DNA of 43,860 nucleotides. Origin: an uncultured bacterium (GTDB lineage: Bacteria > Lernaellota > Lernaellaia > Lernaellales > Lernaellaceae). This document shows, in pieces, positions 20,020-30,110 of this stretch; the first letter of the stretch is position 1, and each line of letters starts with the position of its first letter. The notes beneath the pieces were generated by a model, which saw nothing but the letters and a program-made list of their open reading frames with translations, did not search any database and had not been told where the DNA came from. The DNA is taken from contig CAZHPN010000028.1 of the NCBI GenBank assembly GCA_964534375.1, positions 1 through 43,860 on the forward strand, read 5' to 3'. Position numbers and translations under genes: made by a program.

Positions 20020-21312
20020 CTATTGCTGCGCTTTTTTCTTGAGCGCCTGGATCTTGTTCAGGTCGGCGAGCGCCTCGGCGTTGCGGCCCATGTTTTCATT
20101 GAGTTGCTCGCGCATCTGCAGGACGGAAATGTTGTCGGGGTAATCGGCAACCACCTTGTTGAGCAGCGCCAGCGCCTTCTCCTTTTTGTCCTGCTTCGTA
20201 TACAGCGCGGCCTTGTTGACGCGGGGCTCGATCGCCTTCGGCGCAATCGATATCGCCTTGTCCAGGTCGGCGAACGCTTCCACGGCGTGTTCGAGCGACG
20301 CGTGCAATTGGCCGCGCAAATTGTAGCCCTCCCAGGCGTTGGGATAGGCGGCAATTAGTCGATCGATCGTCGCCAGGGCCGCGTCATTTTTGCTCTGCAT
20401 CCGCTGGAGGGCGGAGAGCATGACGTACCATTCCGGGATTTCTTTGCAATAAGGCTCGGCCGCCTGAATCGTCTTCTCGGCCTCGGCCGGCCGGCTCAAG
20501 GCGATCTGCAAATTGGCCTTGGCGAAATGAATTTCCGCGAGCTGCGGCGCCAACTCGATCGCCTTCGTGAAATCGGCCAGGGCGCCTTCGGCTTCGCCGT
20601 ATTGTTGCCGGATGAAAGCGCGGCCCATGTAGCCCGCGTAAATATCCGGCGCCGCCTCGACCGCCTTTTGGATTTCCGCTTTGGCCTTGGTCGGGTCGCC
20701 CATCATCACATAGGTCGACGCGAGTTCGAGATAGACCTTGTAGGGCCGTTTGTCGCGCTGCATCGCTTTCTCGAATTGCAGCAGTGCGTCATCGTTCTTG
20801 TCGCGGAAACGGTAGATCGCGCCGCGCGCCAGATACGGCTCGGATTTCGTGGGATCCAGCGTGATCGCCTGGTCCAGCGCCGCCGCCGCTTCGTCGAACA
20901 TGCCGCCGCTGAACAAGACGATCCCCAGCGCGTACAGGTCGCGCGTGTTCTTGTCGAGTTCCACCGCCCGGTCGGCCTGCGCCTTCGCCTGCGGGCCTTT
21001 ACGCTGCTTGGCAAACGTCAGGGCGAGCGTGGCGTGGCAGTCCGCGCGCGTTTCGACCTGGGCGAGGGCTTTTTCGAGGTCCGCCTGAGCATCCATGACG
21101 CGGCCGGTTTCGAAGTATGCATCGCCGCGTAAACAAAGAAAATCGGGCGTGCCGGCTTCGGCCTTGTTTTTCTCCAATAAGGCCAAGGCCTTGGCATATT
21201 CCCGGGCCGCGATTTGAGCCTTGACGTCGGCCTTCCAGTCGGCCGCGGCAAGCGCCGGCAGGATCGACGCGGATAAGAACAGAATCACAAGCAACCAACC
21301 GGTTCGACGCAT
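20020..21312 (-). CDS. Exported tetratricopeptide-repeat protein
   Basis: Signal peptide; many 34-aa A..D..KAI.L.P repeats. Confidence 0.88.
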   Translation of the reverse strand: MRRTGWLLVILFLSASILPALAAADWKADVKAQIAAREYAKALALLEKNKAEAGTPDFLCLRGDAYFETGRVMDAQADLEKALAQVETRADCHATLALTFAKQRKGPQAKAQADRAVELDKNTRDLYALGIVLFSGGMFDEAAAALDQAITLDPTKSEPYLARGAIYRFRDKNDDALLQFEKAMQRDKRPYKVYLELASTYVMMGDPTKAKAEIQKAVEAAPDIYAGYMGRAFIRQQYGEAEGALADFTKAIELAPQLAEIHFAKANLQIALSRPAEAEKTIQAAEPYCKEIPEWYVMLSALQRMQSKNDAALATIDRLIAAYPNAWEGYNLRGQLHASLEHAVEAFADLDKAISIAPKAIEPRVNKAALYTKQDKKEKALALLNKVVADYPDNISVLQMREQLNENMGRNAEALADLNKIQALKKKAQQ

Positions 21313-21378
21313 TTCGTGGTCTCCCGAAGAGGACGGTGGAACATACCACCACTTGGTTTGACAAGAAAGCGGTTTGCT

Positions 21379-22626
21379 TTACATCTTGCGCACGACGACG
21401 CACGAGTTGGCGCCGCCGAAGCCAAACGAGTTTTTCAGCAAGACGTGCGTTTCCTGCGCGCGGCCGTGGTTGGGCACGTAATCGAGGTCGCACTCGGGAT
21501 CGGGCGCGGTCAAATTGATCGTCGGCAGCACCCAGCCGCGCTGCATCGCCGCCAGCGCGAGGACCATCTCGATCGCGCCGGTCGCCCCGAACGCGTGGCC
21601 GTGCATCGACTTGGTCGACGAAACGGGGATGCGGTAGGCGCGTTCGCCGAACGCCTTCTTGATCGCGCGGGTTTCGGCCAGATCGCCCGCGCCGGTCGAG
21701 GCGGCGTGCGCGGAAATGTAGTCGACCTCTTCGGGCGCCACGCCGGCATTTTCCATGGCCGCGCGCATGGCGCGCGCCCAACTCTCACCGGTCGGCTCCG
21801 GGCTGATGATATGGTAGGCGTCGTTGGTCAGACTGTCGCCGAGGATCTCGCCGTAGACTTTCGCGCCACGCGCCTGCGCGTTTTCCAACGGCTCCAGAAT
21901 CACGACGCCGCAGCCTTCGCCTTTGACCAGGCCGGCGCGGTCGGCGGAAAACGGCCGGCAGGCGCGCTCGGGATTCGCCGTCGGGTTGATCGCCCGCGCG
22001 CCGGTGAGCGAGCCGTACATCGCCAAGCCGATCGCCGCCTCCGTGCCCCCGGCCACGGTCACGTCGGCGCGGCCGTGGCGAATGAAATCGGCCGCCAACG
22101 AAATCGCGACGCCGCCGGTCGAGCAGGCGTTGACGACCGCGACGTTCGGGCCGCGGAACTTGTGCGTCAACGCAACCAATCCGGAAGGCATATTGCCGGA
22201 GATTTGCATGATGTAAGAGCCCGGCATTTGTTCGGCTCGCTTTTCGACGAAGGCCATGTGCAGCGCGCGGTGCCACGTCCAATTGCCGGTTACCGCGGTG
22301 CCGATCAGCACGCCCGTGCGGTCGCGCAGATCCCCGGGGAAGGTCAGGCCGCTGTCGTCGAGCGCTTCCTTCGCGGCCGCCAAGGCGAACAGCACGCACG
22401 GATCGTAATTGTCGACGTACTTCGCCGGCGCGAATTTTGCGGCGTCGAAGCCGGTGACGACGCCGCCGACCTGAATCGGGATCTTCGCGCCGTATTCGCC
22501 CCACATGTATTTGTCGCACCGCGCGATGGCGTTCGTGCCGGCAAAGGCCGCTTCGACGGCCTCGCCGACGGTGTTGCCCAACGCGCAGACCACTCCCATC
22601 CCCGTGATGGCCACTCTTCGATGCAT
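21379..22626 (-). CDS. fabF: Beta-ketoacyl-ACP synthase II family
   Basis: RRVAITGMG, NACSTG (catalytic Cys), SAHAAS, STKSMHGH, NSFGFGG. Confidence 0.85.
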   Translation of the reverse strand: MHRRVAITGMGVVCALGNTVGEAVEAAFAGTNAIARCDKYMWGEYGAKIPIQVGGVVTGFDAAKFAPAKYVDNYDPCVLFALAAAKEALDDSGLTFPGDLRDRTGVLIGTAVTGNWTWHRALHMAFVEKRAEQMPGSYIMQISGNMPSGLVALTHKFRGPNVAVVNACSTGGVAISLAADFIRHGRADVTVAGGTEAAIGLAMYGSLTGARAINPTANPERACRPFSADRAGLVKGEGCGVVILEPLENAQARGAKVYGEILGDSLTNDAYHIISPEPTGESWARAMRAAMENAGVAPEEVDYISAHAASTGAGDLAETRAIKKAFGERAYRIPVSSTKSMHGHAFGATGAIEMVLALAAMQRGWVLPTINLTAPDPECDLDYVPNHGRAQETHVLLKNSFGFGGANSCVVVRKM

Positions 22627-22801
22627 GCCTCGCTCCGTCTCCAAAGAAAACAAAAGCTCGCGCCGTGGCGTGCCGCTTTGAAGCTATGGGAACACAGAAC
22701 GGGGCGAAAACCAAGGCCGAAAATCTTCTCTTGTAATGTGGACGCGTAACCGTTAACATCCGCCGACTAGGTTAAAGAAAAACAACCGAACTTGGGCGCC
22801 C

Positions 22802-23731
22802 ATGCTGGTATTTTACTGGTTCCTGCTGATCCTGACGGTCGCACTGGCGTTTTTCCTCCTCTGGGTGCTGGCGAAATCGCGCGGCATCGGCCACGGGGCG
22901 ATCGTGCGCGGCACGGCGAAGGCGCGAGCGCTGGCTGAACGCGGAAAGCACAAACGGGCGCTGCGCCGGCTGTTCCGCGTGTTGCGTGCCAACGGTTGGG
23001 ACTATCTGAAATTCGTGCGGCTGAAGGAAACGAACCGGCAAGTGACGATCAAGGACGCCGGCGGCTTTTTTCCGCGCGGCCTCCGGGCCCTCAAGGTCCT
23101 CTCGGACACCAATCTCGGGTGGGTCTCCGACGGTTTTTTTCTGATCGATGAAATTTATGAAAAGCAAGGCGAATCCGCCAAGCGCGAACGCCTGCTCAGC
23201 GATTTCCGTTCTTTCGTTGAAGCCTATGGCGCGGAAATGAATCGCGGCGAACGGGCGGCCATTCTGTCCCGGGCGAGCTATCGTCTGGCGGGCGTCGAAT
23301 ATGCGGCCGACAACGTCCGCACCGCGATGCACATGGAAATCACCGGTTTCTTGAACAAGATTGAGAGCCTGTACGCCTACGGCGATCAGGCCGGCATCAA
23401 GACCATGCTGCCGTTCCAGCCGTCGAAGGAAATGCGTACGGCGTTGGCCGCCCAGGGTCGGTCGGCGGAACTAGCCATCATTGCGCCCATTGTGGAACGA
23501 GCGATCGTCGACAACGGCGCGCGCATCGACTGGGGGCGAACGACGCGGGACATCGACAGCTTCTTGACCGGCCGGCTGACGCAACTGGACCGCGATCGCG
23601 ACATCGCGGTGATGATCTACGAGAAAGTTGTCGGCAAGGCCGAACGCGCCGACGAGAAGAAGGACAAGGTCAAGGAACGAGAGCCGAACGACGACCAGGG
23701 GGGAGGGCCGCCGCCGGTCATTCATTTGTAA
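22802..23731 (+). CDS. Hypothetical membrane-anchored helical protein
   Basis: N-terminal TM helix, long ORF with host-like codon usage. Confidence 0.7.
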   Translation: MLVFYWFLLILTVALAFFLLWVLAKSRGIGHGAIVRGTAKARALAERGKHKRALRRLFRVLRANGWDYLKFVRLKETNRQVTIKDAGGFFPRGLRALKVLSDTNLGWVSDGFFLIDEIYEKQGESAKRERLLSDFRSFVEAYGAEMNRGERAAILSRASYRLAGVEYAADNVRTAMHMEITGFLNKIESLYAYGDQAGIKTMLPFQPSKEMRTALAAQGRSAELAIIAPIVERAIVDNGARIDWGRTTRDIDSFLTGRLTQLDRDRDIAVMIYEKVVGKAERADEKKDKVKEREPNDDQGGGPPPVIHL

Positions 23732-23782
23732 TTCGGAGGCAACCAGCGCTCGCGGGCGCATCACCTGAATCGGGGGTTGGTC

Positions 23783-24370
23783 ATGGGCAATATCGATCTG
23801 GGCTTGGCGTTCTCCGAAGCGTGGGAAGTCTTTTCGAAAAACCTGGCGACCATGATCGTCGGTGCGCTGCTGACCGCGATAATCGGCAGTTTCAGTTTCG
23901 GAATCCTGGCGCCGGCGATGGCCGGCGGAATGTACTTCATCGTCAAGAAAGCCTTCGCGGGGCAGACGCCTGAAATCGGGGACGTGTTCAACGGCTTTTC
24001 GAATTTCGGCAATCTGTTTATCGGCGGGTTGATTGCCTTCGCGTTATCGCTGGCCGGCGGGCTCGCCTGCTGCATCGGCGTCTTCGTGACCTCGGGCATC
24101 CTCCTCTTTCTGTTTCCGTTGATTGTGGACGGCAACACCGCCGGCGAGGCTTTCAACAAGTGCTGGGCGGCGTTCAAAGAGAACTGGGTTGGCTTCGTCG
24201 TGCTGTCGTTGGTCGTCAGCATCGTCATGGGCGCCGGCAGCATTGCCCTTTATGTCGGGTCGTTTTTTACCATGCCGTTTGGCATGTGCATCACGTGGGC
24301 GGCTTACAAGCAGGTGTTCCCGGATACGGTCGCCGGCGTCGCGGCCGCCTCGACGTCGATCAATCCGTAA
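23783..24370 (+). CDS. Hypothetical multi-pass membrane protein (DUF975/DUF2189-like)
   Basis: AFSEAWEVF, IGDVFNGF, ACCIG, several TM segments. Confidence 0.75.
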   Translation: MGNIDLGLAFSEAWEVFSKNLATMIVGALLTAIIGSFSFGILAPAMAGGMYFIVKKAFAGQTPEIGDVFNGFSNFGNLFIGGLIAFALSLAGGLACCIGVFVTSGILLFLFPLIVDGNTAGEAFNKCWAAFKENWVGFVVLSLVVSIVMGAGSIALYVGSFFTMPFGMCITWAAYKQVFPDTVAGVAAASTSINP

Positions 24371-24534
24371 CGCGGCGGACCAACTCTCGAAATCATCAAC
24401 CGCGAAGGCGCCTTGGTCCGCCAAGGCTATGCCGTGGTCGCGCTGCGGCGGGCCGCGAAGAAGCGCTGCTGGAGTCATTGTTAACAAATGCACACGAACT
24501 CGGCGAGCGGGATCTGGATTCGCCGGGACGTGTT

Positions 24535-24915
24535 CTACTCTTTCGCTTGCCAGCGGAGAACTTGAAAAAGTCGGATCGAACTCTCCGGGTCCATATCGAC
24601 GAATTTGACGCCCAAGAGGAAAGAGCGCGGGAAGAATGCGCCGCGATCGGCGCGGACGACGGTGAACTCCGCTTCCACGGCAAGTTTCTCGCCGCCGAAC
24701 CGATGCTCGATTCGCAAGCAGCCGCTGCGCCCGGCGAGGCGGCCGCGTTCGTCCGCTTGCCGCGGGAAAACGGCAAGCAGCGCGCCGCTCATGCTGACGT
24801 TGACGCACTGGGCGCTCCATACCGAGTCCCCGATGCGCACGAGGATTTCCGAACCGAGGTCCGCTCGTTTGCGGCGGCGTTGCTCGGCGCTTCGATGTTC
24901 GACGTCATCGCTCAT
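24535..24915 (-). CDS. Single-domain PilZ protein (c-di-GMP receptor)
   Basis: QRRRKR (RxxxR), NVSMSG (D/NxSxxG), LGVKF; start overlaps the cheR stop. Confidence 0.85.
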   Translation of the reverse strand: MSDDVEHRSAEQRRRKRADLGSEILVRIGDSVWSAQCVNVSMSGALLAVFPRQADERGRLAGRSGCLRIEHRFGGEKLAVEAEFTVVRADRGAFFPRSFLLGVKFVDMDPESSIRLFQVLRWQAKE

Positions 24916-25754
24916 GGGCTTTTCCGATAATAGTCGACGCCGTGGAACTCTTCCCGAACAAAAAACTGCGTGACGCCGATCAGCGACTCGCTGGAGCCGA
25001 TGAGCAGCACGCCCTCCGGGCGCAGATGTTCGGCCAGCCCGTTGAAGACCGCGCGCCGATTCGCCGTGGAGAAGTAAATGGCGACGTTGCGGCAAAAAAT
25101 GATATCGAAGAGACCGGCTTGCGGGAAGCCGGCCGTCAGATTCAGCGGCGCGAACGTGGCTTGCGCGCGAAGTTCGTCGACGATGCGCCAACCGCCGTTG
25201 TCGGGGACGAAGAACCGTTGCAGCCGCCGCTCCGTCAGACCGCGCGCCGCCTCATTGGCCGAGTACCAGCCGCGGCTGGCGACGGCCAGCGCGTGTTCCG
25301 AAATGTCGGTCCCGAGGATCCGAATCCAATAACGGTTCAAGTCGAAAAGCAGTTCTTTGAGGACGATGGCGATGCTGTACACCTCCTGGCCGGTCGCCGC
25401 CGCCGCGCTCCAAATGTCCAACCGTGGCCGGCCCCCGCGACCCGGCCCCATCTGCCGCTCGAGCACGTCCGGGACGAGTTTGTGCGCGAGCAGGTCGAAC
25501 GGTTGGTGGTCGCGAAAGAACGAGGTCTCGTTGGTCGCCACCGCATCGACGATCCGGCCGGTCAGACGGCCCGTGGCGTCCGCGCGCGCAAGACGGATCA
25601 ACTCGGCGTAGTTCGGAACCCCCTCGTGTTGCAGCAAGGGGCCGAGGCGGCTCTGGACCAGGTAGTCTTTGGTCGAATCCAGAACGATGCCGGAGGCTTC
25701 GTGAACGAACGCCGAGACGAGCGACAACTCCAGCGGCGATACGGCCGCGCTCAC
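24912..25754 (-). CDS. cheR: Chemoreceptor methyltransferase
   Basis: TNETSFFRD, IWSAAAATGQEVYS, GTDIS, FCRNV, GSSES; GTG start overlapping the cheB stop. Confidence 0.93.
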   Translation of the reverse strand: MSAAVSPLELSLVSAFVHEASGIVLDSTKDYLVQSRLGPLLQHEGVPNYAELIRLARADATGRLTGRIVDAVATNETSFFRDHQPFDLLAHKLVPDVLERQMGPGRGGRPRLDIWSAAAATGQEVYSIAIVLKELLFDLNRYWIRILGTDISEHALAVASRGWYSANEAARGLTERRLQRFFVPDNGGWRIVDELRAQATFAPLNLTAGFPQAGLFDIIFCRNVAIYFSTANRRAVFNGLAEHLRPEGVLLIGSSESLIGVTQFFVREEFHGVDYYRKSP

Positions 25755-26803
25755 ACCTGCCTCTGCACAAAGGAAACGAAGCGCGACACAAGATCCTCCG
25801 GCGAGGCGATGAAATCCACGATGCCGGCCTCGATCGCCGCGGCCGGCATCCCGAACACGACGCTGGATTCTTCGTTCTGCGCCATGACGAACGCGCCGCG
25901 CGCTTTCATCGACTGCAATCCGCGAACGCCGTCCTTGCCCATGCCGGTGAGAATGATACCCAGCGCCCGGCTGCCGTAAACGTTCGCCACGGAGCGGAAT
26001 AGGTAATCCGCCGACGGCCGGCAGTCGTTCTCCGCCGGATCGTCGTTCACCAGGAGTCGAACGCCGCGATTGTCGGCGCCCCGGGCGACGCCCATTTGGC
26101 GCCCGCCGGGGGCGAGGTACACCGTGCCGGGGGACAGCGGGAGATCGTTTTCCCCTTCCATGACGCGGACGGAACTGCGCCGGCCCAACGCCTCCGCGAA
26201 CGGTCGGGTGTGCCCGGCGGCCAAATGCAGCGTAATCAGCAGCGGCGCCCGGAAGTCTTCGGGCAGGCGAGCAACCAATCTGGCGAGCGCCGCCGGCCCC
26301 CCGGTCGAGGCGGCAACGGCCACGATGTCGGGCCGCTCGGTGGGCGCGGCCAGCACCGTGCGTCCGGCGAGCGCGGCGGCTTTGTGCGGTTTCGCGGCCA
26401 CAGTGTTCTTCACGGCGAGAGCGCTCAACACGAACCCAAGCTGCCGCGCCAACTCGGCGTAGGCGGCTTCCGCGTTGCCGGTGCGCGGCTTGGCGACGAC
26501 GTCGACGGCGCCGAATTCGGTCGCCAGCACGGCGACGCCCGAGCCCGCTTCGGCGAGCGCGCTGACCACCACCACGGACGCTTTGTTTCCGGCCGCGTGC
26601 AATTCCCGCAACACGCGGATGCCCGACATGTCGGGCATATCCACATCCAACGTGATGACGTCGGGACGCCAACTCTTTGCCTTGGCGAGCGCCTCCCGGC
26701 CGCTGTCGGCGGTCTCGACGGCGGAAACAAAACCAAACCCGGACACGGCGTCCCGGATCATCTTGCGATACAGGAGAGAATCGTCGACGACGAGAATTTT
26801 CAT
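25751..26803 (-). CDS. cheB: Chemoreceptor methylesterase (REC + CheB)
   Basis: VVDDS/TLDVDMP, ASTGGP, RPSAD, LTGMGKDG, SVVFGMP. Confidence 0.95.
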   Translation of the reverse strand: MKILVVDDSLLYRKMIRDAVSGFGFVSAVETADSGREALAKAKSWRPDVITLDVDMPDMSGIRVLRELHAAGNKASVVVVSALAEAGSGVAVLATEFGAVDVVAKPRTGNAEAAYAELARQLGFVLSALAVKNTVAAKPHKAAALAGRTVLAAPTERPDIVAVAASTGGPAALARLVARLPEDFRAPLLITLHLAAGHTRPFAEALGRRSSVRVMEGENDLPLSPGTVYLAPGGRQMGVARGADNRGVRLLVNDDPAENDCRPSADYLFRSVANVYGSRALGIILTGMGKDGVRGLQSMKARGAFVMAQNEESSVVFGMPAAAIEAGIVDFIASPEDLVSRFVSFVQRQV

Positions 26804-26821
26804 CGGGACAATCTGTTCCTT

Positions 26822-27277
26822 TCAGTCCGCGATGCGGTCCACGTCCAAAATGACGACCAAATTGTCCGCGGCAGGCAACACGCCGAGCGTGCATGCGGCG
26901 ACGCCTTGCGGCAGATGGGGCGGCGGCGGCAGCAATGCGCCGGCGCCCGCCGAAATGATATCGTCGATATCGCTGACCAGCAGACCGATCGCTTCGCCGC
27001 GCGAGTCGACGACTACGTTCCTTGGCGAGACGGGCGCCTCTTCGACCTCCACGCCGAGTCGTTGCGCCAGATCGATGATGGTGACGATTTGGCCGCGCAG
27101 GTTGATGACGCCGCGGACGTGCGCCGGCGCCGTGAACACCCGCGTGAGGTCCATATTGCGATTGATCTCCAGCACCTGCGCGATGTCCACCCCGCAGCGG
27201 ACCTCCCCCACGAGAAACACCAAATATTCCCCCGAGGCGCGGCGAGTTCGAGGGGCGTGCGGCGACGGCATCGTCAT
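26822..27277 (-). CDS. cheW: Chemosensory coupling protein
   Basis: YLVF, VLEI, GVINLRGQIVTIIDL, IGLLV, ILDVDRI. Confidence 0.92.
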   Translation of the reverse strand: MTMPSPHAPRTRRASGEYLVFLVGEVRCGVDIAQVLEINRNMDLTRVFTAPAHVRGVINLRGQIVTIIDLAQRLGVEVEEAPVSPRNVVVDSRGEAIGLLVSDIDDIISAGAGALLPPPPHLPQGVAACTLGVLPAADNLVVILDVDRIAD

Positions 27278-30066
27278 CTCCCGTCCCCCGGCCCCGCGGC
27301 GCTCGGCCGGCCGCGTTCCAGGAGCCGGCGGCACCGCTCCAGCACGTCGTCGCGATCGAGTTTGATCGAATATTCGTCGATGCCCACGTCTTTCCCGCGC
27401 CGTTGGGCCTCCGCGCCCAAAACCGACGTGACGGCGATGACCGGGATTTTGCGGAGCGCCGGGTTGCTCCGCATGCGCTCCACCATTTCGAAACCCGTCA
27501 GCACCGGCATCTCGATGTCGGTTAAGACGATGTCGAACCCGTCCGGGTCGCGGGTCAGAAGATTCAAGCCCGCGGCGCCGTTTTCCGCCTTGGTCACTTG
27601 ATATCCCGCCTCCTCCATCATACCGGCAATGTGATTGAGGAAGAACGGCGAGTCGTCGACGATCAGCGCGCGGCGCCGCGGCGGTCCCCCGGCGTCGCGG
27701 GCTTCCTCCGGCTCCTTCCACTCCGGCGCGACGGCCAGAACGATTTCGCGCAGGTCGAGCACGAGCATGACCCGGTCGCCGAGGACCGTCGAGCCGCGGA
27801 TGCCCGGCCGCCGGTGCGTCTCCGTGTCGAAATCGGCGTTCATTTCGGCAATGTCCGCCACGTCGGCCGCCAGCAGCCCCAATTCTCGTTTCCCCAGGCG
27901 GAAGAGCACGACGTAAAACGAGTCGTTGTCGGGCAAGGGTTGCGCCGGGATCGCCTGATCGACCGTGAAGATCGGCGTTGTCGCCTTCGGTCCGCGGAGC
28001 ACGCGGCGGCCCCCCACGGTTTCCAATTCGGCGCGCGACGCCTTTTGCAGCCGCACCACCATGTCCAACGGCACACCGAACAAGTCGCGGCCGCCGCCCG
28101 TCAGCAGCAGCACCGCGAGTTTCTCATGCTGTTCCATCGCGGCCAGGCCAGCGGCGCGAGGCGTGGCGGCGGCGGCTTCCGCCTTTTCGGCGATCCAGGC
28201 CCGCCGGCCCAGGCCGACCACGTCGAGAATGAGGGCCGCGCGACCGTCGCCGAGAACCGTGGCCCCGGCGTAACACCGGCAATGATTGAGGTTGCGGCCC
28301 AGCGGTTTGACGACGATTTCGATGGAATCGAGCAGCCGATCGACGACCAGGCCGTAGGTATGATCGCCCGCCGAAACGATGGCGAGATTCACCGCGCTCG
28401 CGGCCGAAACGCGGCGGTCGGGGCCGTCGCGCCGCTCGGCGGCCGGCCGTGCGTCGGCGGTTTTCGCGGATTTCTCGGGCGCCGCGCGCAGCCCGTCATC
28501 GGCGGGCCGGTCGCGGCGGTCCGCCAGATTCACGCGGCGGTCCGCCCGCCGCTCACCCCCGCCGTTCGCGAAGGTCGGCGCGGCGATGCCGAGCAAATCC
28601 TTCAGCCGGACGACGGGCGCCAGCTCGCCGCGCACCCGCGTGACCTCGACGCCGCCGACGCGCTCGATCCGTTGGCGCACATCCGCCGCGCGCACGCGCA
28701 TCAGTTCGACGAGATGCGCCTGCGGGACGGCGAATCGTTCGCCTTCCACTTCGATCAACAGACTGGGAAGAATCGCGAGCGTCAGCGGCAGCCGGATGCG
28801 GAAGGAGGAGCCGCGGCCGGGCGTGGAATCCAACTGCACCGTGCCGCCAATCGCGGCGAGATTGGCGTGCACGACATCCAGGCCGACCCCGCGCCCGGAG
28901 ACCTGCGAAACTTCCGACGCCGTGGTGAAACCCGGGCGAAACACCAACTCCATCGCCGTTTTGGGGGACATGGTCCGCGCCTCTTCCGGTCGCGCCAGTC
29001 CCAAGGACAGGGCCCGCGCCTTCACTTGATCCGCGTCGATTCCGCGGCCGTCGTCGATCACGTCGACAACCACCTGTCCGGCGCCGTGCCAGGCCCGCAG
29101 CCGCAACGTCCCCTCGGCCGGTTTGCCCGCCGTCTGCCGTTCCTCCGGGGATTCGATCCCGTGGTCGACGGCGTTGCGAACCAGATGGGTCAGCGGATCG
29201 CCGATCGTCTCGATGATGGTCTTGTCGAGTTCGACGCCTTCGTCCTCGACGACCAGCCGAACTTTTTTGCCCAGGTCGCGCGCCAGGTCGCGCACCGTCC
29301 GGTTGAACTTATCAAAGACAAAGCGAATCGATTGCATGCGCGTCGCCATGATCGCATCCTGCAACTCGGCGGTCAGCAGATCGACGCGCTGGGCGACGCG
29401 CTCGATGTGAGAAAGATCGCCGAGCCGGGTGCTTTGGACCAACTGGTTGCGCGTGAGCACCATTTCCCCGGCCAGCGTCATGAGCCGGTCCAGAATCCGG
29501 ACGTTGACGCGAACCGATTCCGACCTGGCGCCCGAGTCGATCGCCGCTGGGGCGGCCGACTCGACCTCGGCGTCTCCGGCCGGCGCTGGCGCCGGAGTCC
29601 CAGGGGGGGCGGAAATAGTCGCCGTTTGGGCGGAAACTGGAGCCGGCTCCGGTCCGGCTGCTTTGACGTACGGCGCGACGGCGGGCTTCAAACAAGCTTC
29701 CAACTGCGCTCGAATGCGCCGCGCTTCCGCCAGGCGATCCGATGAAACCGGTGCGCGAACGTTCTCGACCATGACCCGGACCAGGTCCAACGCGGTCAGC
29801 AACGCATTGAACGCCGGCTCTTCCGGCACGATCGTTTTCTTGCGGATCGCTTCCAGCAAGGTCTCCATCGCGTGGGCGATTTCCGCCAGCGATTCGAGAC
29901 CGACGATGCCCGCGTTGCCCTTGATCGTGTGCGCGGCGCGGAAGACGCGATTCAGCACGGAGCTGTCGCCCGGAGATCTCTCCAGCAAAATAAGCCCCTG
30001 TTCGAACTCCCGGATCATTTCCGAGGCTTCCTGCACGAACAGGTCGAGGATTTCTCCCGGGTCCAT
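27274..30066 (-). CDS. cheA: Hybrid CheA (Hpt, dimerization, HATPase, two CheW, REC)
   Basis: FRAAHTIKG, HLVRNAVDHG, DDGRGI, SGRGVGLDVV, two CheW domains, C-terminal IVDDS/TDIEMP. Confidence 0.95.
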   Translation of the reverse strand: MDPGEILDLFVQEASEMIREFEQGLILLERSPGDSSVLNRVFRAAHTIKGNAGIVGLESLAEIAHAMETLLEAIRKKTIVPEEPAFNALLTALDLVRVMVENVRAPVSSDRLAEARRIRAQLEACLKPAVAPYVKAAGPEPAPVSAQTATISAPPGTPAPAPAGDAEVESAAPAAIDSGARSESVRVNVRILDRLMTLAGEMVLTRNQLVQSTRLGDLSHIERVAQRVDLLTAELQDAIMATRMQSIRFVFDKFNRTVRDLARDLGKKVRLVVEDEGVELDKTIIETIGDPLTHLVRNAVDHGIESPEERQTAGKPAEGTLRLRAWHGAGQVVVDVIDDGRGIDADQVKARALSLGLARPEEARTMSPKTAMELVFRPGFTTASEVSQVSGRGVGLDVVHANLAAIGGTVQLDSTPGRGSSFRIRLPLTLAILPSLLIEVEGERFAVPQAHLVELMRVRAADVRQRIERVGGVEVTRVRGELAPVVRLKDLLGIAAPTFANGGGERRADRRVNLADRRDRPADDGLRAAPEKSAKTADARPAAERRDGPDRRVSAASAVNLAIVSAGDHTYGLVVDRLLDSIEIVVKPLGRNLNHCRCYAGATVLGDGRAALILDVVGLGRRAWIAEKAEAAAATPRAAGLAAMEQHEKLAVLLLTGGGRDLFGVPLDMVVRLQKASRAELETVGGRRVLRGPKATTPIFTVDQAIPAQPLPDNDSFYVVLFRLGKRELGLLAADVADIAEMNADFDTETHRRPGIRGSTVLGDRVMLVLDLREIVLAVAPEWKEPEEARDAGGPPRRRALIVDDSPFFLNHIAGMMEEAGYQVTKAENGAAGLNLLTRDPDGFDIVLTDIEMPVLTGFEMVERMRSNPALRKIPVIAVTSVLGAEAQRRGKDVGIDEYSIKLDRDDVLERCRRLLERGRPSAAGPGDGR

Positions 30067-30110
30067 TGCTCGCGAGATCCCTTCCCTTTCTTTCGCCCGG
30101 CCCAGCGGAG

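Noticed and set aside
24371..24534. Short reading LEIINREGALVRQGYAVVALRRAAKK as a gene remnant
   Set aside because: Too short, no start codon and no family I can name
24912..26894. 660-aa CheR fusion ORF
   Set aside because: The upstream part overlaps cheB in another frame; CheR starts at GTG 25754
27598..29745. Long antisense ORFs (also 1794-3248, 36816-39002, 39249-41444)
   Set aside because: Shadow frames of well-supported genes caused by GC3 bias; no motifs
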